Below are positions 59,312 through 64,000 of a DNA stretch of 64,000 nt, piece by piece; within the stretch, counting starts at the first letter, position 1; the number at the start of each line of letters is the position of its first letter. The position numbers and the translations under genes are program-made. The notes under the pieces are model-generated. The model did not search any database and had not been told where the DNA came from. It was given only the letters and a program-made list of their open reading frames with translations. The stretch covers positions 18,490 to 82,489 of the forward strand of contig CALWHJ010000006.1 in the NCBI GenBank assembly GCA_944380355.1, read 5' to 3'. Origin of the DNA: an uncultured Christensenellaceae bacterium. Its GTDB lineage: Bacteria > Bacillota > Clostridia > Christensenellales > UBA3700.

Positions 59312-59341
59312 TTGACTTGCCTTTTTTCATTTTGATATAAT
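59312..59341 (+). promoter_or_regulatory. Sigma-A promoter of the lipoprotein pair
   Basis: TTGACT-18 bp-TATAAT with an extended TG. Confidence 0.65.
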
Positions 59342-59372
59342 TGGATTATAAAATAATATAGGAGGTTATTTT

Positions 59373-61001
59373 ATGAAGAATAAAAAACTGATTATCTTGA
59401 TGAGTATTATCCTCGTGATTTCCATACTCACTATCACGATGGTCGGCTGTAAAGACAGTTTTTCCCTGTCAAAAATCGACAAGGAAAGCAACGTCGGCAA
59501 AAGCTTCTCTTCCGACGTCAAACAGCTGTCCGCAATCGCAGGCTGGGAATTAGAGCAAGGCAATTCACGTTTTCTCAGTATGAATAAATACGACGAAACG
59601 GGGCTTGTATCCAAAATGCTCTATTCGCTCGAAAGCGACAAGGCTCTTTTGACTATAACCGCCGATATCGACGCTTTTGCGTTCGACTACTCGGTCACGG
59701 GAGTTGTAATAGTGAAAAACAGCCTTACCAAGCATACCGATATTTACGACGCCAACGGTATTGTATTCTCTGCCGATACGACGGATTACTCCATTTCCTA
59801 CGATTCGGAAAATTATACGATTTATTTCTCAAACGGTAAGACAGTCATCGTCAACCAAGAGGATTTTTCAGTAAAAGTAGTCGATACCACTATCGTTGAG
59901 ACGTCCCCTTCCAGAGAAAAGCTCGGAGAATTTTTCGTAGAGAACGATTCGTCTATGACTTTTAAAGTTTACGACGAAAACGGCAAGTATCTGAGATCGG
60001 TTTCTTTTGCTGAGTATATGACCTCGACCAACAATATAATGAGCGTATCGGCAAACAACGAGGGCGTAGTGCTTTTGCAGTTACTCAAGACCTTGCCTTC
60101 CAGCGCAACGGAGTACGATTGTATTTATGATGGCGTGAAGTACAACCTCGTAAGCGTAGCAAAGAGTCTCAAAACGGGCAAGAGCGTAGACCTCAAACTC
60201 GATGGCGGTGTTGTCTATGCTATGTTCCCCGACGAAAATTACAATTACATAACCGGCACTAAATACAAGCTTACACAGGCAGGAGAGACGGTTGCCATCG
60301 AATCGGGCTTCTTCGACGATGACTTCAAATGCCTCTTCAACGTGCTTTCTTACGGATTGTCCGGCAATATTACTACCGACAGCCTCCCCACTACTCTCGG
60401 CAACGGCGACCTTATGATTTCCTGCAAAGGCAATTTCGTAATCGTCATTGATTCCGAAGGCAACGTAAAAGGCTCGTATCTTACTGAAAACCTCACTCCC
60501 GTCGGCTATACCGTAGACGGACTTCCCCTGTACCAACTCGCAGGAACCAACCAGCTCTACGACGTATACGGCAAGCCCCTGTTTACCTTGCCCGAAACGG
60601 CTACTCTCGTAGCAGTATCCTCCCCTTCGGATTACATCTACTATAGAGATTCCGTAACCGAAACCGACAGTGAGGGGCTTGAAGTAACTACTAATTATTA
60701 CTATGCAATGAATATCAAAACTTCCGAAGTGAAAACTCTCGGAAAAACAAGCGATATCGATTTCAGTCGGTCTGAATTCTGTTATGTCGTAAGAACTACC
60801 GACGAAAGCGGCAAAGTTACGGCTTCGGCTTATTCGGTTATTGACGGAAAGGCTATCTATACGGATATCGATATTTCTTCAGTATCCGTTACGTCTCAAA
60901 TGCTTTACGGCAATGACTTACCCGTCATTCTCTTCTGTATGGAAGACGCCGAGGGCAATATGTCCTACGTCAAGTATTCGTTTACTTACGCAAATGCCTA
61001 A
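59373..61001 (+). CDS. Uncharacterised lipoprotein (beta-rich)
   Basis: Signal peptide II with lipobox MVGC; Tyr/Ser/Thr/Asp-rich beta-strand pattern; AGGAGG RBS. Confidence 0.8.
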   Translation: MKNKKLIILMSIILVISILTITMVGCKDSFSLSKIDKESNVGKSFSSDVKQLSAIAGWELEQGNSRFLSMNKYDETGLVSKMLYSLESDKALLTITADIDAFAFDYSVTGVVIVKNSLTKHTDIYDANGIVFSADTTDYSISYDSENYTIYFSNGKTVIVNQEDFSVKVVDTTIVETSPSREKLGEFFVENDSSMTFKVYDENGKYLRSVSFAEYMTSTNNIMSVSANNEGVVLLQLLKTLPSSATEYDCIYDGVKYNLVSVAKSLKTGKSVDLKLDGGVVYAMFPDENYNYITGTKYKLTQAGETVAIESGFFDDDFKCLFNVLSYGLSGNITTDSLPTTLGNGDLMISCKGNFVIVIDSEGNVKGSYLTENLTPVGYTVDGLPLYQLAGTNQLYDVYGKPLFTLPETATLVAVSSPSDYIYYRDSVTETDSEGLEVTTNYYYAMNIKTSEVKTLGKTSDIDFSRSEFCYVVRTTDESGKVTASAYSVIDGKAIYTDIDISSVSVTSQMLYGNDLPVILFCMEDAEGNMSYVKYSFTYANA

Positions 61002-61016
61002 AAGGAGGATATGACA

Positions 61017-62612
61017 ATGAAAAACAGAAAAATTATACTTACTACGGTTTTGCTTGTAATCTTGTCCGTAACTCTCCTCAGCTTTACGGCTTGCAACAAG
61101 GACAACGCAATCAATATCAACGAGCTTGCTGCCGACGCGCCTCAAACCTACAAGACGCAATCCGAGAGCCGCTCTCTCGACGCTCTGTCGTCTTATGCAA
61201 ATACCGACATCTGCGATAACCATATCTACGTATCGGGTACTAGCGAGGACGGAAAGTACAAATACGCTATTTACAGTATCCCCGCCAACAAAATCCTCGT
61301 AGAGGGCGTTGCGGACAGCTCCGCCAACGTAAGCAGGAATTACATGAACGGCGTGTTTATGCTCAGCGTAGCAAATCCCGCGGAACTTACTACCCGCACC
61401 GTTTTCTATGACGTTTACGGCGAGATAATATCTTTCGATAAATCCGTAACTATCTCTTCGGGCGATGAGTACACCGATTTTTCTTACGTAACTCTCTCCG
61501 ACAACAGCACCATTTCCTTGGACAAGACGGGCAAGGGCAAATATATCCCCTTCTCCCCCGATCCTCAGCTGAAAGATATGTCAGTAGCAGGCGACTATCT
61601 GCTCTACAACCTTTCCGGCGGTAACTATCTTGTCTACGATAAAGAGCTTAACTTCGTTTGCTCCTACAGTGAAAGTGAAGTGTTCCCCTTGTCGACAAGC
61701 TCAGATTACACCCTTTACAGAACAACCTCGCAAGGTGACAAAATCCTCAGAGTATACAGAGAAAGAGTAACCGATGACAAGGATACCGACTACGACTATA
61801 TGGACGATAGCGGCAACAGATACAGACTTTATCAGTACCTCTTGGACATCTCGACGGGAAAATCTTCCTTGATTGCCGATAACGTACTCATTGACAGCAG
61901 CACTGTCGAAAACAACATCACCGAAGATTACTTCTTCGCTTACTACAACACTATCAGCGGCAAAGCCCTGAGCATCATCGAAAACCTCGGTTTGTTTGAC
62001 AAAAACTTCAACCTCGTGGCTAACGTGTCTGAAATTGTCGGTTACGATACAGGCTCCGTTACTTCCATAGACAAAGTAGGCGACTACGTAGTATTCTCCA
62101 GCTCCAGATACTTCACTTTCGTCAAAGACAACCAGGTTGCTTTCAAACTTGCCGCAAGCTACGGCTCTACCGTAGAATATTCGAGATTCTTCTACGGCAA
62201 TTACGTATACTTTGACACATTCACAGGCAAGACGGTTACTGACATACCCGGCAATGCCGTATTGCAAGGCACCGACAGGCAAACCAACGGACTTATCTAC
62301 TACAAAGTCAGCGAGGAAATCGACAACGAAGGAGTTTTGTCCTACGTTTACAGAACTTACGTGTATGACGTCAACAGCGGTGTTACAACGCTTATCGACG
62401 ACTCCGACAACGTTACTTTCTATTCTTACGTATATACGGTTAGAGACCCCGAGAGCGGTATGTTGAGTATGTACGATACTTTCAGCAACAAAACCGTATT
62501 CTCCAATAAAAAGTATACCACTATGCAGTACAACTACATTCCCGACGGCACGGTAGTTACGTGCAAGGCAGAAGACGGCACGGTAGACAGATATATCGTA
62601 AAATTGAGCTGA
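61017..62612 (+). CDS. Uncharacterised lipoprotein, paralog of the upstream gene
   Basis: Lipobox FTAC; shares YD.....Y.L......TGKS and IYY.......D.EG segments with its neighbour. Confidence 0.8.
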   Translation: MKNRKIILTTVLLVILSVTLLSFTACNKDNAININELAADAPQTYKTQSESRSLDALSSYANTDICDNHIYVSGTSEDGKYKYAIYSIPANKILVEGVADSSANVSRNYMNGVFMLSVANPAELTTRTVFYDVYGEIISFDKSVTISSGDEYTDFSYVTLSDNSTISLDKTGKGKYIPFSPDPQLKDMSVAGDYLLYNLSGGNYLVYDKELNFVCSYSESEVFPLSTSSDYTLYRTTSQGDKILRVYRERVTDDKDTDYDYMDDSGNRYRLYQYLLDISTGKSSLIADNVLIDSSTVENNITEDYFFAYYNTISGKALSIIENLGLFDKNFNLVANVSEIVGYDTGSVTSIDKVGDYVVFSSSRYFTFVKDNQVAFKLAASYGSTVEYSRFFYGNYVYFDTFTGKTVTDIPGNAVLQGTDRQTNGLIYYKVSEEIDNEGVLSYVYRTYVYDVNSGVTTLIDDSDNVTFYSYVYTVRDPESGMLSMYDTFSNKTVFSNKKYTTMQYNYIPDGTVVTCKAEDGTVDRYIVKLS

Positions 62613-62693
62613 CGATTGACCTGTTAAAACTAAGAGCTTGCCAAGCGGCAAGCTCTTTTTTTGTATTTAATCCCTTTTTGTATTTTAAAAAAA

Positions 62694-63392
62694 TTATTCG
62701 CTTTCGGATTGCCTTTTTCTCATTTTCTGCCAATTGTAATATCCGTACAAATCATTGACCAGAAAAGCCCCGAAACATACCGCCACGGATATATAGCCTA
62801 TATCCTTTGCAGCCGCAATCGACCACAATACCACCAATACTATATCGTTTAGCGCATAGCCTATTGCATAATACTCGCTTCTTCGCGCCGTAAGATATAC
62901 CGCCGCAAAACTCGTACCTACGGATACCGTGCTGACTATGAGATTGGCAGTATCGAAGTACCTGAGTATGTAATAGAATATCCACGTGATTGCAAGCGTA
63001 AGCAAAAGCATAAAAAGGTATTCTCTCTTGCGAAGACCGTTTACTTTAACTTCCGCGCTATTACCCTTGTAAGGATGTTTTATCCACATTACAAGCGCAA
63101 TCAACGACATCGGCGCGGTCATACCGAGATATGTTATCATTTCACCGTAATACGCCTGCCGCCACGATATTATGCCGTACAGCACACTGAATACCAGAAT
63201 AAGAACTTGTCCGATAGGATTGCCCTTTGCATTGAAGATAAGCGAGGTAATGCCTATGACGGAAGCAATCAACGCAAAATAATTCTTTCTGTCGAATATA
63301 GCGAAAACAATTGTTACCGCCGCGACGGAAAGCGACCATAATATTATCTCGCTTTTAGAAAAATAACACTTGGATTTTTCCGCGTTTTTCAT
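62694..63392 (-). CDS. pnuC: PnuC-family (nicotinamide riboside-type) transporter
   Basis: About 7 TM helices with AKGNPIGQ, YYGE, YALNDIVLVVLW and YGYYNW motifs; start MKNAEK after GGGAGG. The substrate is not certain. Confidence 0.8.
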   Translation of the reverse strand: MKNAEKSKCYFSKSEIILWSLSVAAVTIVFAIFDRKNYFALIASVIGITSLIFNAKGNPIGQVLILVFSVLYGIISWRQAYYGEMITYLGMTAPMSLIALVMWIKHPYKGNSAEVKVNGLRKREYLFMLLLTLAITWIFYYILRYFDTANLIVSTVSVGTSFAAVYLTARRSEYYAIGYALNDIVLVVLWSIAAAKDIGYISVAVCFGAFLVNDLYGYYNWQKMRKRQSESE

Positions 63393-63584
63393 AAAACCTC
63401 CCGCTTGACCTTTTGCACACCGTATCATTGTACCTGCCCACGCATAGTCGTCACTAAAAAATAAGCACCCGTCGACACATCTTCTAAGACCTAACGATGT
63501 GCGGCGAATGCTCCTGACATTCATACCCGGTGGCATTTAATTGAGTTGTAGCATTATATTAACATATCGCATAGGATTTGTCTA
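63393..63584 (-). promoter_or_regulatory. Promoter and structured ~155-nt leader with terminator-like hairpin upstream of pnuC
   Basis: TAGACA-17-TAATAT with TG (63584-63556); hairpin GAGCATTCG..CACATC/GATGTG..CGGGTGCTT followed by ATTTTTT. Confidence 0.55.
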
Positions 63585-63654
63585 CCGTTTGATATAATTT
63601 GTCTGTCTTCAGGTTCACACGTCAATATGGATTATCATCAGTCCGTTTGCAAGA

Positions 63655-63686
63655 AAAACAGCCGCCTTGCTTTCGCAAAGCGGCTG
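63655..63686 (-). terminator. Terminator after gap
   Basis: CAGCCGC.TTGC/GCAA.GCGGCTG stem with a U tract on the minus strand. Confidence 0.7.
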
Positions 63687-63708
63687 AGTGTTATGCGGAA
63701 TTATCTAA

Positions 63709-64000
63709 TTACTTGAGAAGTTCTGCAAAGTACTTGATAGTTCTTACCATCTGGCTGGTGTAAGAGTTTTCGTTGTCGTACCAAGATACAACCTGTACTT
63801 GATAGGTATCGTCGTCAATCTTAGAAACCATCGTCTGGGTAGCATCGAACAAGGAACCGAACTTCATACCGATAACGTCGGAAGATACGATTTCGTCGGT
63901 GTTGTAACCGAAGGACTCGGTAGCCTGTGCCTTCATAGCAGCGTTGATGCCTTCTTTGGTAACGTCCTTGCCCTTAACAACTGCGATAAGGATGGTCGTG
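63709..64000 (-). CDS. gap: Type I glyceraldehyde-3-phosphate dehydrogenase, 3' part (5' end beyond the window)
   Basis: ESFGYNTDEIVSSDVIG...SLFDATQT...VSWYDNENSYTSQMVR. Confidence 0.95.
   Translation of the reverse strand, partial: TTILIAVVKGKDVTKEGINAAMKAQATESFGYNTDEIVSSDVIGMKFGSLFDATQTMVSKIDDDTYQVQVVSWYDNENSYTSQMVRTIKYFAELLK

Overview
A 64-kb chromosomal window from a spore-forming Clostridia-class Firmicute (spoIIE with Spo0A boxes, cwlD-like amidase, sigH, thyX, mrnC, smpB, secG, argS, ychF, plsY, gap). An uncultured gut lineage is an inference from gene content. Most genes are housekeeping, and most lie on the minus strand. I found no CRISPR array, rRNA, tRNA, transposase, integrase or phage gene. 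Points of interest: (1) a GSA-aminomutase-like class III aminotransferase, an FGGY kinase and an active/inactive pair of class II aldolases, with a divergent membrane M28 hydrolase, which read as an uncharacterised catabolic route for 2-amino-polyols or sphingoid-type bases; (2) a dispersed family of ~125-bp covarying hairpin elements (8 copies) and a 151-bp multi-hairpin tandem unit, including one hairpin nested inside a 151-bp unit and two composite clusters in inverted orientation around sigH-thyX-mrnC-aldolases-kinase; (3) a polytopic membrane protein with an EEPV-repeat stalk ending in a ribosomal uL15-like domain; (4) three perfect DnaA boxes with no dnaA nearby; (5) an attenuator-like leader upstream of a PnuC-family transporter; (6) a duplicated AT-rich 15+9+15 palindrome exactly 6.9 kb apart; (7) three apparent pseudoenzymes. 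All calls come from reading the sequence by eye. No database searches were run.
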